A DNA stretch of 57,465 nt, filler included, from Callorhinchus milii (Eukaryota), in NCBI RefSeq assembly GCF_018977255.1. It is 2 parts of 2 records of this genome, joined end to end, with 100 filler letters (N's around TTAATTAATTAA, not from the genome) between each part and the next. Parts side by side here need not be neighbours in the genome. Positions count along the whole stretch, not along the records: positions 1 to 28,687 come from NW_024705669.1; positions 28,788 to 57,465 come from NW_024705670.1. One strand, given 5' to 3'. The notes beneath the pieces were generated by a model. It was not told the DNA's origin, did no database searches, and saw nothing but the letters and a program-made list of their open reading frames with translations. Shown one piece after another: positions 25,401-38,394 of this stretch. Every line of letters begins with the position of its first letter. Positions within the stretch are counted from its first letter, which is position 1. The translations under genes were made by a program, and so were the position numbers.

Positions 25401-28280
25401 TGGTGTTCACTCTAGACACGTGGTGGTGTTCACTCTAGACACGTGGCGGTGTTCACTCTAGACACGTGGCGGTGTTCACTCTAGACGCGTGGCGGTGTTC
25501 ACTCTAGACGCGTGTGGTGTTCACTCTAGACACGTGGTGGTGTTCACTCTAGACACGTGGCGGTGTTCACTCTAGACGCGTGGCGGTGTTCACTCTAGAC
25601 ACGTGGCGGTGTTCACTCTAGACACGTGGCGGTGTTCACTCTAGACACGTGGTGGTGTTCACTCTAGACACGTGGCGGTGTTCACTCTAGACACGTGGCG
25701 GTGTTCACTCTAGACACGTGGCGGTGTTCACTCTAGACGCGTGGCGGTGTTCACTCTAGACACGTGGCGGTGTTCACTCTAGACGCGTGGCGGTGTTCAC
25801 TCTAGACGCGTGGCGGTGTTCACTCTAGACGCGTGGCGGTGTTCACTCTAGACGCGTGGCGGTGTTCACTCTAGACGCGTGGCGGTGTTCACTCTAGACA
25901 CGTGGTGGTGTTCACTCTAGACACGTGGTGGTGTTCACTCTAGACGCGTGGTGGTGTTCACTCTAGACACGTGGCGGTGTTCACTCTAGACGTGTGGCGG
26001 TGTTCACTCTAGACACGTGGTGGTGTTCACTCTAGACACGTGGCGGTGTTCACTCTAGACGCGTGGTGGTGTTCACTCTAGACACGTGGCGGTGTTCACT
26101 CTAGACGCGTGGCGGTGTTCACTCTAGACACGTGGTGGTGTTCACTCTAGACGCGTGGTGGTGTTCACTCTAGACGCGTGGCGGTGTTCACTCTAGACGC
26201 GTGGCGGTGTTCACTCTAGACGCGTGGCGGTGTTCACTCTAGACGCGTGGCGGTGTTCACTCTAGACGCGTGGCGGTGTTCACTCTAGACGCGTGGTGGT
26301 GTTCACTCTAGACACGTGGCGGTGTTCACTCTAGACACGTGGCGGTGTTCACTCTAGACGCGTGGCGGTGTTCACTCTAGACACGTGGTGGTGTTCACTC
26401 TAGACACGTGGCGGTGTTCACTCTAGACGCGTGGTGGTGTTCACTCTAGACACGTGGCGGTGTTCACTCTAGACGCGTGGCGGTGTTCACTCTAGACACG
26501 TGGTGGTGTTCACTCTAGACGCGTGGCGGTGTTCACTCTAGACACGTGGCGGTGTTCACTCTAGACGCGTGGCGGTGTTCACTCTAGACGCGTGGCGGTG
26601 TTCACTCTAGACACGTGGCGGTGTTCACTCTAGACGCGTGGCGGTGTTCACTCTAGACACGTGGCGGTGTTCACTCTAGACGCGTGGCGGTGTTCACTCT
26701 AGACGCGTGGCGGTGTTCACTCTAGACGCGTGGTGGTGTTCACTCTAGACGCGTGGCGGTGTTCACTCTAGACGCGTGGCGGTGTTCACTCTAGACACGT
26801 GGCGGTGTTCACTCTAGACGCGTGGTGGTGTTCACTCTAGACACGTGGCGGTGTTCACTCTAGACGCGTGGCGGTGTTCACTCTAGACGCGTGGCGGTGT
26901 TCACTCTAGACGCGTGGCGGTGTTCACTCTAGACGCGTGGCGGTGTTCACTCTAGACACGTGGCGGTGTTCACTCTAGACGCGTGGCGGTGTTCACTCTA
27001 GACGCGTGGTGGTGTTCACTCTAGACGCGTGGCGGTGTTCACTCTAGACGCGTGGTGGTGTTCACTCTAGACACGTGGTGGTGTTCACTCTAGACACGTG
27101 GCGGTGTTCACTCTAGACACGTGGCGGTGTTCACTCTAGACGCGTGGCGGTGTTCACTCTAGACACGTGGCGGTGTTCACTCTAGACGCGTGGCGGTGTT
27201 CACTCTAGACGCGTGGCGGTGTTCACTCTAGACGCGTGGCGGTGTTCACTCTAGACACGTGGCGGTGTTCACTCTAGACGCGTGGCGGTGTTCACTCTAG
27301 ACACGTGGCGGTGTTCACTCTAGACGCGTGGCGGTGTTCACTCTAGACGCGTGGCGGTGTTCACTCTAGACGCGTGGCGGTGTTCACTCTAGACGCGTGG
27401 CGGTGTTCACTCTAGACACGTGGCGGTGTTCACTCTAGACGCGTGGCGGTGTTCACTCTAGACGCGTGGCGGTGTTCACTCTAGACACGTGGTGGTGTTC
27501 ACTCTAGACGCGTGCGGTGTTCACTCTAGACACGTGGCGGTGTTCACTCTAGACGCGTGGCGGTGTTCACTCTAGACGCGTGGTGGTGTTCACTCTAGAC
27601 ACGTGGTGGTGTTCACTCTAGACACGTGGCGGTGTTCACTCTAGACGCTTGCGGTGTTCACTCTAGACGCGTGGGTGTTCACTCTAGACACGTGGTGGTG
27701 TTCACTCTAGACGCGTGGCGGTGTTCACTCTAGACACGTGGCGGTGTTCACTCTAGACGCGTGGCGGTGTTCACTCTAGACGCGTGGCGGTGTTCACTCT
27801 AGACCGTGGCGGTGTTCACTCTAGACGCGTGGCGGTGTTCACTCTAGACACGTGGTGGTGTTCACTCTAGACACGTGGTGGTGTTCACTCTAGACACGTG
27901 GTGGTGTTCACTCTAGACACGTGGTGGTGTTCACTCTAGACGCGTGGTGGTGTTCACTCTAGACGCGTGGTGGTGTTCACTCTAGACGCGTGGTGGTGTT
28001 CACTCTAGACGCGTGGCGGTGTTCACTCTAGACGCGTGGCGGTGTTCACTCTAGACACGTGGCGGTGTTCACTCTAGACACGTGGCGGTGTTCACTCTCT
28101 GCATGTGGAGTGGGGACAACCGGGGGATCCGGAGGGAAATCGACGTGACCACGGGGAGAGAGAGAGAGAGACGCAAACTCCAAATATACAGCAGGCGTCA
28201 GGGTTGAGATCGAACCCACGACTTCCTGTATGCCAGGAGAGGTAGTTAACATCTCACCATGGAGAGAGAGAGAGACATGC
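22490..28280 (-). mobile_element. V-SINE-like element, copy 3, hosting array 3
   Basis: Same tail (22500-22593) and V-domain/tRNA head (28100-28260) as copy 1. Confidence 0.7.
22594..28098 (+). repeat. 23-bp minisatellite array 3 (~240 units, 5.5 kb)
   Basis: Same unit with interspersed two-site variants. Confidence 0.97.
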
Positions 28281-28404
28281 AGCCTTGGCTGTGTTGGTTG
28301 ATCCTCAATGAATTACTTGGTGGAGTGAGGAAGCATTAATACTGAGCAGGTGAAGGTGGCCAGGCGTGGGTCTGGACACACCACCACCTGTGAACCATGC
28401 CAGT

Positions 28405-28687
28405 GAAAAACCCTGAAATTGATTCTTGTAAGAAAGAAAAAAGCTGAAAGAAATCAATTTAACTAAATGGGATGTTTTTCACTGAAGGAAATTCAACCTT
28501 AACCCACTTCTACGTAATGTCAATTTTGGCAACTCGGGAAGGGAATGACGTGGCGAGCTGAAAATAGTCGCGTTCGCTATAAATTCCAGACAGCATAAGC
28601 TGTGAAACTTTCATGACGCCAGAGCTCAGCGTTGGACAGTTATTGCTGCTTCACACAAACAAACAGATGCCATTTCTGCTTCATATT
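28405..28687 (-). mobile_element. Partial copy of the non-autonomous Helitron at 3187-3530
   Basis: Aligns to ~3263-3525 (gaaaaaccctgaaa..actcgggaagggaatgacg..cagagctcagcgttgga..ttgctgcttcacacaaacaaacag). Confidence 0.7.
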
Positions 28688-28787
28688 NNNNNNNNNNNNN
28701 NNNNNNNNNNNNNNNNNNNNNNNNNNNNNNNTTAATTAATTAANNNNNNNNNNNNNNNNNNNNNNNNNNNNNNNNNNNNNNNNNNNN
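28688..28787. other. Artificial contig linker (44 N + TTAATTAATTAA + 44 N)
   Basis: Exactly 100 bp and symmetric; the 12-mer gives stop codons in all six frames. Confidence 0.95.
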
Positions 28788-31700
28788 GGGGTGGGTGGAT
28801 GTGGGAGGTGGTGGTAGCACGGGGACCATAGCAACTGTGCTGCACACACAACACGACCACAAACACGTCCACCACCCCCCTTCCCACTCTGTGCTCCACG
28901 CACCTCACTGCCCCACAGACAAACCACCACCACCCCACTCCCCCGCGAACCGACTTACGTCAAACAAACAACCCTGAGCTCGCACATCCTTAAGTTTTCT
29001 ATAACTCTAAGTCTGTGCTCACCCACTCGCCCCTCCCGGGCCCACCCACCAACCGCGAGGTACACTCCCGAACCTCCGGGGCCCATCCACCTACAACAAC
29101 AACAACAAGGTTTCATTGATAGAGCGCCTTTCACGTCTGGAGGGCGTCCCAAGGCCCTGGACAGTTGGGTCAGGACCCGAGCATGGGTGAAATGGTCAAG
29201 GTGAGGGGAGGGAAGGGAGAGAGCGAATAGGGTGTAGCGAGTCGAGAGGGGAGCTGAAGGCACGGTCAAAGATAAAGGTCTTGAGACCGGCCATGAAGGA
29301 GGAAAGGGAGGAAGCAAGGCAAAGGCACCTATCCCGAGGTAAACCCACACCTCCCATGCCCATCTAGCCATCCCAGGCCCACCCACGCCGAGGTACACCT
29401 GCACCTCTCCCGGGACAACCTGTCCATCTAGGGCTCACCCGAAACTCGTGGGCTCCGCAGTATGTGGTGCACACCCAGCCCTCCCAGCAGAGCCCTCCCG
29501 AATCCACCCACACCGAGGTACACACACACCCCCCCGGCTCCACCCACTCCGTGGTACACACCCACCCTTCCAGGTCACAACCGCCCCTGGACACGCAACG
29601 CCCAGGCTCTACCTCCACCTGTGCGCATCTTAGGTTCACCCCACACTCAGGTACAGCCCCAACCCCAGGTATACATCCATCCCCAGGATAAACTCCCAGC
29701 TACATCCCCCTCCGGATACATCCCCAGGTTTCTCACCCATTCCCAGTGTAAGCACCCCATCCCCAGGTACTGGCAAACACACGTGGTACACCCCTCCCCT
29801 GGTAAAGACCACCCCCTGTTACAGAACGACCCGTATTATACTCCACCACCCCAAAGATGCACATCCACTGCGAGTTAAAACCCCATCCACAGAGTACACA
29901 GCTACACACAGGCGCAGCACCTCACCTTGGTGCAGGCACACAATACACAGCCAACCCACAGGACAATGTGCACCAGGACAAAGAGAAATCACCCAGGGTA
30001 CACCCCCACCACCAGTTCACACCCCCCCACAAAGCGCACAGCCCCAAACCACAGTTCACAGCTCGACTCAGGGCACAGCCCGCGTGCCCTCCAGGGAACG
30101 GTCCTCCCCAACGTGGCACTTTCGCTCACGTAGGCCACACACCCAGGGCAAACCCCACGCACGGTTAAGGCACAGAGGGTACAGCAACACAAGATACAGC
30201 CCACAAAATTCAGCTCCACAGGGTAAAGCCCCACAGGATACATATCTACAGGATAAAGCCCCACGGGGTAGAATCCCACAAGGTAGAGGACCACAAGGTA
30301 CAGTCACAGAGTACAGACCCATTGCGAACAACACCGAAGGGTGAACTCCACATGGTACAAACTTACCAGTTACAGACCCACGGAGCACAGCACCAAAGGG
30401 TACAACTCCTCAGGATACAGCCCCACTGGATACAGACCATAGGGTACTGCCAGACAGAGTACAGCTCCACAGGCTACAGTTCAAAAGGGTAAAGCAACAC
30501 GGTACAGCCCCATATGATACAGCGCCACAGGGTACAGGCTCATCGTCTACAAAACCACGTAGCACAGCCTCTAACCCCAGGCATAGCACCTCACTCTACG
30601 CACAGTCTCCAATCACAGCCGGTCTCCCCAGAAAAATGCCCCTCCCCCCAGGCACAGACCTTTCCACCAGTCACGGCCCCACGGCACATCTTCTCACCGG
30701 AGTCACAGCCGTTGCGCTCAGGAACAGTCCCTCCGCACAAGGCACAGCTTATCTTTGGACCCCACAAAACACAGCACCTCAACCCAGACACAGTCTCTCC
30801 ACCAAAGTATAGCCGCTACACCCAGGGCACCACCCATTGCCCCAGAGGAAAGTTCCACTGCACAGGTACAGCCCCTACGCTCAAGACACAGCCAATCACC
30901 CCAGGCACAGCCTTTCATCCCAGGCACATTCCCACCGCCCCAGGCAAGGTCCCTCCCTCTCCTCGCAGCCTCTCTGCCCAGATATTAATCGCCACCATTT
31001 ACAGCCCTTCCGCAAATACACAGCTCCTCCCACAAGACAAAGCCTCTGGACCCAGAGAATAGCACCTCCCCACATGCACAGTCCAAACACCCAGTTACAG
31101 GCCCTCGCCCCTGAGCACAGCCACTCATCCCAGGGAACAGCCCATCGCACACGGCACAGCCCCAGCAACCCAGGGCACAGACACTGCTCCAGCAAATCCC
31201 CTCCCACTGGCACACCCTCTCCATCCAGTCAGAGGCCTCGCCCCAGGAATAGTCCCTCCTACAAGGCAAAGTACCACCCACGAGTGCACAGTCCCTCAAC
31301 CAAGCACAGCCCCGCCCCCCAAACATAGCACCTGGCACCAACCCACAGACACTCGCATCAGGGCATAGCCCCTCCACAAGGCACAGTCTCTCCCTCCAGT
31401 CACAGCCCCTCCCAAAAGACACATCCCGTCATGCAATCGCTCAACCTCTTCCCCCATGCACAGACCCTCGTCCCAGAGAGCAGCCCGAAACACCAGGCAC
31501 AGCCCCTCCCCCGGGATATAGCCCTCCCCTCAGGCAGTGCCCCCATACCTAAGGCTCCTCGCTTCCCCATGACAGCGTCCATTCTCCCACGCACGGATCC
31601 TTCCCACAGGGCACAGCAGCAAAACCCTGGGCAAAGCTCCTGCCCCAGGCAAAACACCTCCCTTTCATCACATCCTCTCCCGCCAGGCAGAAACCCTCCT

Positions 31701-32150
31701 CCGAGGGCACAAGTCCTCCTCCCAAACACAGCCACTCGCCCCAGATAGAGGCCCTCGCCTCACACACAGCCGCTCATCCCAGACACAGGCCCTCGTCCCA
31801 GACAAAGGACCTCGCCCCAAACACTGGCCCTCAAGCCAGGGCACAGACCCTCCCACTACAGCACATCCCCTCCGCCCAGACACGGCGACTCCCCGCCAGC
31901 CACTGACCCTACCACAGGCAAAGCCTACCGCAGGCCAGCCCCCCAGGGCACATCACCTCCCCATTACCCAAGTCAAACCTTAACAAACTTCGGGGCAGCT
32001 ACCATTCCGCAACCCCCAAACACCCAGTCTCCCCCTGTACCTTGATTTTCCCCATCATGCTCCCATGTGACATCTGGTTAAGCGCATTCTCTAAACCCAG
32101 ACACACAGCAGCCACAGCAACATCAACAACTTGCATTTACACAACGCCCC
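28788..32150. repeat. C/A-rich low-complexity degenerate repeat region (cacagcccc/ccccagg motifs)
   Basis: Loosely recurring motifs; overlapping ORFs on both strands are low-complexity Pro/His/Gln/Gly-rich. Confidence 0.6.
29093..29330 (-). mobile_element. L2 LINE 3' end fragment
   Basis: Reverse complement of the 45270-45520 tail including (TTG)n. Confidence 0.85.
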
Positions 32151-32245
32151 TTACAAAAGGCAGCGTCCCACAGCCCCTGACAGTGGCGGAGCATAACACC
32201 GAGCCGGGGGTACGGAGAGGTGCAACACAAAGCTCTATATAGTTT

Positions 32246-32515
32246 CCAGGCAGGTCAGGGCGAAACCTTCTGCAAGTTTCCTTACTCCACACGCCTAATA
32301 ATAATCCCTCCAAAACCAAAAACAATAATAAATTGGTCATTTTCAATCCACGACTGTTTGTGGGACATTGCTGTGCGCAATTGGCTGCCGCGTTCGCCCA
32401 CAAATATACAGTCAATTCACTTTACAGTGTGTTCTGTGAAGCGCTTTGGGACGTCCTCCCGGCGTGAAAAGCGCTATATCAAATGCAAGGATTATTATTA
32501 TTATTATTTATTATA
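32246..32515 (+). mobile_element. 5'-truncated tRNA-derived SINE (DeuSINE/SacSINE1-like, L2 tail)
   Basis: ttgctgtgcgcaattggctgccgcgttc core; tail gcgctttgggacgtcctcccggcgtgaaaagcgctatatcaaatgcaagg(att)n. Confidence 0.85.
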
Positions 32516-32733
32516 TAAGTGACCTGAAGATGGAGATGGAGGGAAGACTCTCTCAGTCGCTAATATCCCCACAGCAGCATCTGGCTGTGAGATGGTGTCA
32601 CTGACCTGCAGATTCCACCGTCTTTCTCTCCAGAAATATCACTGCACATGTAAAAAACACAAGATGAAAGCAGGAATTACTAACATGGTAATGCACACAG
32701 TCCGGGAGCTGATCGACCTGGTTTCTGACACGT

Positions 32734-33113
32734 GGAGTCATGTGGCCCAGTGATTAGAGCGAGAGAGAGACTTGGGTTCGATTCCTGACAGGGCAAGTTG
32801 TTGGGCAAGTTTCCTTACTACACACTCCTCTGCTTACATAGCAATAACTAGGAACCTGTTTGTTCGTCGAAGAATGGATCTGGTTTTCTGGGGAAAGTAA
32901 CTTCTTCAAAATATTTAAAATAATTTATTGGCCACTCAATCCCCAACTGTTTGTCCACGACTGTTTGCGGGACACAGCTGTGTGCAATTCGCTGCCGCGA
33001 GTCGCCCACAAAATATACAGTCAGTTGACTTCACACTATATCCTGTGTAGCATTTCTAGACTTCCCAAAATGTGATAAGGTGCTGTATCAATTGCAAGAA
33101 TTATTATTATTAT
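32734..33113 (+). mobile_element. tRNA-derived SINE, same family, older copy
   Basis: Head ggagtcatgtggcccagtg..GGTTCGATTCC; same core and tail. Confidence 0.75.
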
Positions 33114-33149
33114 AAATATTCGGTGCTTAACTACCAGGGAGTGAATTAA

Positions 33150-35330
33150 GATAATTGTTCGATACCTTTTGAGAAGAAATGGGCAATTTTCTGAGAAACA
33201 ATGCAAGCGCATCAGGAATTATAAAGCAAGAGGCATGGAAACTAAATGGGTTTTGGTTTCATTGTTGTATTTTGTTTTGAGAGCTGAGAATAAAACAGTT
33301 ATTTTTACATTTGAGCTGGGAGAACATCACACAGTCTCAGAAGTGATATTGAACTGAATCGGAAAAGACCATTAATTTGAACAGGGGAAAATTCAGGATA
33401 GGAGTAAATAAAGTAAAGCTAGTAGGACATATAATTCCCTGGAAAGGTTAAACATTGATCCGCAAAGCGTCACTGAGATCAAATAATACCCACAACTACA
33501 AATAAGAATGCAGTAAACAAAACTGTGACTGATGAATTCGTGGGCGAGATTGATTACCAAAGTAACTGAGGTCAAGTAGCGTACAAGGAGAGCTTATCAA
33601 ATAAACAGAGAGTTAATATTGGAAAAGGAACAAAACCAAAAGCAACAAAAACAAGATTTCATTTGTATAGCGCCTTTCACGTCGGAATGACGTCCCAAGG
33701 AGCAGGAACAAGCGTTTAATAAAATAAAATCATTATATCAAAAATCATACATATCAAAAGCTCAAGGCGAAAATTTTACAATGCAATCGCACCAGCGACA
33801 ATATCTATGGATGCAAGTCAGTCAGGAATAGGAGCAATATTAAATCAAGTGGAAATATCATAGCATCAGCATCCAGGGCTCGCTCGTGAAGGGAGAAAAG
33901 ATATACCAAGGGAAAGAAGGAGTATTTAGCTGCTGTGCTTGGATGCAAAAGATTCAAGCAATAATTATTTGTGGAAAAATTGTGATTCGAAAAAATTAGC
34001 ACAAACCATTGAGGCCATTCTGAGCAAAAGATTTAATTAAACTACAAAGAATGAGAATATGGCAACAGAGATAATCGCATTGAATATCAGTACAAACCTA
34101 GGAGAATACTATGTATGGCACTCACACTAAGTACAGCCTCCAGTCAACAGGAGAATGAAAAGGAAAACCAACTCGAAACATAGATGAAATTCCATGTACA
34201 GAAAATAGCAAAAGCAACAAGACAGAAAAAAGGACATAAGAGAAGCAAAGAAATAGAAACGATATGCAAGGCAATTCAGACAATGCTAAAAAAGGGATCG
34301 TTTAAAAACAGAAGCGAGGCACCAAAAGAGATCTGGCCATATTGGGAATACAGAAATAAGATATATCAGCAAATGGTATAATACATCGAGGAGATGGAAG
34401 AATTAAACCAAAAGAATTAAGAAGTAAAGCATTAAGGAACATACACAAAAGTACACTGTGGAATAGAAAATGTCAAAAAAGTGTGACAGAAGTTGTCTTT
34501 TGGCCGGGCATAAATTTGCAGATCAGGATTATATTGGAAAATATAAAACATGTGAGGGTTATCAAAACGGAAAGATTCAAACAAGTGTTATGGCACACGA
34601 AACTAATTAAAGCTTGGACTAAAATAGGAACTGGTTTTATTATAATAGCGAACACTACTTAATGAAAATATACTAGATATCGAGGTACAGTGAGTATACA
34701 TGACATCGGAAACTATAGTGGAAAAAAAACAAGGAAATCCTAGAATACCAAAGGAGATAATTACTGACAATAGGTGTAATTTTCAAGCAAGAAATACAAG
34801 AGATCCACCAGGCAGTGGGAAACAAATCACAAAACAAATCCACCGAAATATCGCCAATGCAATGATCTGGTTGAACAGGAAACATAAACTGTAAAGAAAG
34901 TGTGGAAAAAGACAGACAACGTAAAGGCAGATAAGCACCTGGTAATTTTGGACTATAGAAGCACACCGCAAGACTATGAGAGACATTCAGCAGCAGTACA
35001 AATACTGACGTCGAGACGGATAAGAAATTTGATAATCTCGGAAGAGAAATATTTGAGACCGCAGGTACAAGACAAAAGAAATGGAGGAAAAATTTGAATT
35101 AAACCAGGAAAAAAGAGAACATTTACAAGTGGAGAGATAACTATTTAGGAAGAAAAACTGAAAAGTGACTTTGGACACAAGTCGAAATTTGAAAGGAGGA
35201 TAAAAATCCAAAATCATATTGGATTAAAAGTGAGACAAGAAAAAGATAGAGAAGAAATTGTGGGAAATAGACCAAAGAAGGACAGAGGAATAAAAATAAA
35301 CATAATGGGGAGAGAGATCAGGGAATTGGT
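33150..35330 (+). mobile_element. Decayed Ty3/Gypsy pol (RNase H and integrase remnants)
   Basis: DASQSGIGAILNQ at 33810, then EYLAAVLGCKRF, HKPL, HCGIEKC..VFWPGI, IPKEIITDN and LDYRSTP across frames with many stops. Confidence 0.75.
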
Positions 35331-36009
35331 GAGAGTAAGGAGCTCCAGTGGGGGAGCGAGAACCGGCTCGGACACGACGAGGAGACTGTTTCTCCGTGTC
35401 AGTCAGGAGTGTCGCAATGGCTGTCACTCTTCTCACTCTTTCACTTGTCTGGCAGCAATGTCTCTGTGATTGAGTAAAAAGTATACTCACGAAGAAATTG
35501 GAACAGATGTAACATCATGCGGACCCGGAGGAGCTGGTGAGTAGCAGAATTTGGAGGCTTGTGTCTCAGGAGCAGGTTTTGCCCGGAACACTGAGACTCA
35601 GACACTTTCTCTTCAATGACCACAGGAAACCAGCACAGCTCATGATATATTTAACTGGAGCTCCAACACCACAAACCTCACCCACACCACCGCCAACTGT
35701 TTATCTGCACAGGTGTTGTCCACCCTGTGAGGCCTGGTGGGGTGATCGTCTGAGCGTGACAAACAGTGGCAGCTCATCGTGTCCACACTGATAAACTGGG
35801 TGGTTTTTGCAGGTTAAATGCCAGCAGTTAACCCCAACTCACATACCCATGTCCCCTAAACCTTGGCACTCCCCAACCTGCGGTAAGCTGGTCCGTCACC
35901 CAGCCCATCATAGAGGTGGCCGGTATTCTGATGTCCCTTTGCACTGAGTGTCATCTGGAGCCGGTTCAGTCCCGCAGATAACACCTTACATCAGCTCAAC
36001 ACTTATCAG

Positions 36010-36180
36010 TAACCCAAACCGCTAAACCTAATGCAAATCCCTACCCTAAATCCTAACCCGATACTTAACTGGGAATCCTAACCCCTAAATCTAACTCTAA
36101 ACCTAACCTTCAATGCTAACCCTTACCTTAATCCCTATCCCTAAACCTAACCCTAAGTCTGAAGCTAACTTTAACCCTGA
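36010..36180. repeat. Degenerate (CCCTAA)n-like repeat
   Basis: cctaaccctaaatctaactctaaacctaacc-type units. Confidence 0.6.
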
Positions 36181-37239
36181 GCCTCACCAGTCATCAGCTT
36201 GAACAAGTTTGTCGTATATTTATTGAAAATTAACTGGAAGAGAGAAACTAAAACCAGTCAAACTGTGAGAAGCTGAAAGAGGAAGAAGGGAATACGTACA
36301 GAGGCTGAGCTTCGAGAGCGGATCTCTGTGGTTTTGCTGTAATTAGAAATCCTGACAGTTCCCCCATCACATCATCAGACCATCTTAACCCTTTTCGCAG
36401 CCTGCCCAACAGCGAACAGAATCTGTTTGTCTGTCTGTTGTTCTGCCTGTCAGTCTCTCAGTGTCTCTTTTCCTGTCAGTTTTTCTGTCATCCACAATAT
36501 CAGTGTCTCCCTTTATCTCTCGGAGAAACTGATATATCGCAGCTCAGATGAGATGAGATGAGATGTGAAAATTTCTTTCTTGTTCTACACCACCCTTTCC
36601 CCCAGCCCCTCAGCCAAGCCTCCTTCACCAACCTCTCAACCGACTGTGGTCCCGAGTATACACTCCAACGGCCCCAATTTCTCCCACTTCCCTTTAAATT
36701 TGTTAACTGTCCCGTGCTACTGTTAGTGAAAGAGAATTGAGTTTCTCCAGGTGTTAGAGTCCATACCAGCTCAATGGAAAGCTGTATGAAACGGTTAATA
36801 GTTGACATGATGTCAAATGGCAAAGGCTGATGTGCAGCTGAACCACAGTTATGGTGTAAGCTGAGCAGTGTTACCGGATATAAAGCACAAACGAAACAAA
36901 AGTCCTTGTACAAAGGTCTCAAACGTTCAACTGCAAAAGAAAAAGCAACAAATGAGCCGCAGCTGAAATTCCGTACCGGGGTTTTGTCTGTATATTTTTC
37001 TGGACAGAAACCCGCTTTGAATTTTCAATAGGCTATTTAAGTGTATTGGTAATCATTGCCTTTGATACCGCGCATTATCACGTCTTCGAGATATCTATAA
37101 TAACAATAATAGTGACAATAATTATAATAAAAGCAAAAATAACAGGAACCAAACAAATAACAATAATCATAACAACGATAATATAAAAATTATAAAAATA
37201 AAAGAAGTAACGTTAAGAATCAGAATAATTGGCGTGCGG

Positions 37240-38010
37240 CTCTCTCCTGTCAATCAATGTTCACCAGGGAGTTAGTGGGCGTGTCTCTCCCCATCTCCTG
37301 TCAACCACTGGTTACCAGGGAGTCAGAGGGCGTGTCTCACACTCTCCTGTCAATCACTGGTTACCAGGGAGGCAGTGGTTGTGTCTCTCTCTCTCCTGTC
37401 AATCACTGTTTACCAGGGAGGCAAAGGGCGTGTCTCACACTCTCCTATCAATCACTGGTTACCAGGGAGGCAGTGGGCGTGTCTCTCCCTCTCCTTCAAT
37501 CACTGTTTACCAGGGAGGCAGTGGGCGTGTCTCTCTCCCTCTCCTGTCAACCAGTGGTTACCAAGAAGAGAGTGCTGTTGTCTCACCCTTCCCTGTCAAT
37601 CACTGGTTACCAGGGAGGCAGTGGTCGTGTCTCTCTCTCCTGTCAATCACTGGTTACCAGGGAGGCAGTGGTCGTGTCTCTCTCTCCTGTCAATCACTGG
37701 TTACCAGGGAGGCAGTGGGCGTGTCTCTCCCTCTCCTGTCAACCAGTGGTTACCAGGAAGTCAGTGGGCCCGTCTCTCTCTCTCCTGTCAATCACTGGTT
37801 ACCAGGAAGTCAGTGGGCCCGTCTCTCTCTCTCCTGTCAATCACAGGTTACCAGGAAGTCAGTGGGCCCGTCTCTCTCTCTCCTGTCAATCACTGGTTAC
37901 CAGGGAGGCAGTGGGCCCGTCTCTCTCTCTCCTGTCAATCACTGGTTACCAGGGAGGCAGTGGGCGTGTCTCTCTCCCTCTCCTGTCAATCACTTGTTAC
38001 CAGGGAGACG
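37240..38010 (+). repeat. ~46-bp minisatellite (~16 units)
   Basis: Unit ctctcctgtcaatcactggttaccagggaggcagtgggcgtgtctct; related units at 41145-41320 and, inverted, at ~45555-45660. Confidence 0.9.
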
Positions 38011-38394
38011 TTGGTCGTCTTTAACCCGAGCCCCCTCAGCCCCTCCCTCCCTCCGCATTCCTCTCTCCCCCCAAACCGTTCACCCTCTGCATCTCTCCCG
38101 CTCTGTCGTCCTCTCTCTCCGTCCCTCTCTCCTTCTATCTCCACTTGACCCTCCTGCACCGTCTCTCTCTTCCAGCCTGGGAATACTCCGCCGGGCTCAC
38201 CGTGGCACTCGGCGTTCGCTATCCAGCAGTCGCCACACCGACTGCCCCATTCCCCACCACACACGACAGCCATCCCGGACACAGATCCGGGGAGTCAAAC
38301 TCTCCTCCTTCATCCCCATTCCCCCCAACCCTGCCACACAACCTGGGCAACCCTCCCTCTCCACACACCTTTCTACAACCGCTCCCTCCACATC

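Noticed and set aside
22594..28098. CRISPR-like array of 23-bp repeats (also 2383-2791 and 7930-9765)
   Set aside because: Units are contiguous with no unique spacers, there are no cas genes, and the context is eukaryotic; it is a minisatellite.
28732..28743. TTAATTAATTAA as a biological motif (piggyBac TTAA or homeodomain site)
   Set aside because: Centred in a symmetric N run; it is a six-frame-stop linker.
29364..31883. Many Pro/His/Gln/Gly-rich ORFs on both strands
   Set aside because: C/A-skewed low-complexity DNA with no consistent frame or recognisable domain.
35484..35520. Minus-strand MMLHLFQFL followed by a GTGAGTA donor, resembling a leader exon
   Set aside because: Very short, and no downstream Ig/V or other exon was found before the Gypsy remnant.
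36010..36180. Telomere or chromosome-fusion relic
   Set aside because: Highly degenerate, short and in one orientation only; such CCCTAA-like tracts are common interstitially.
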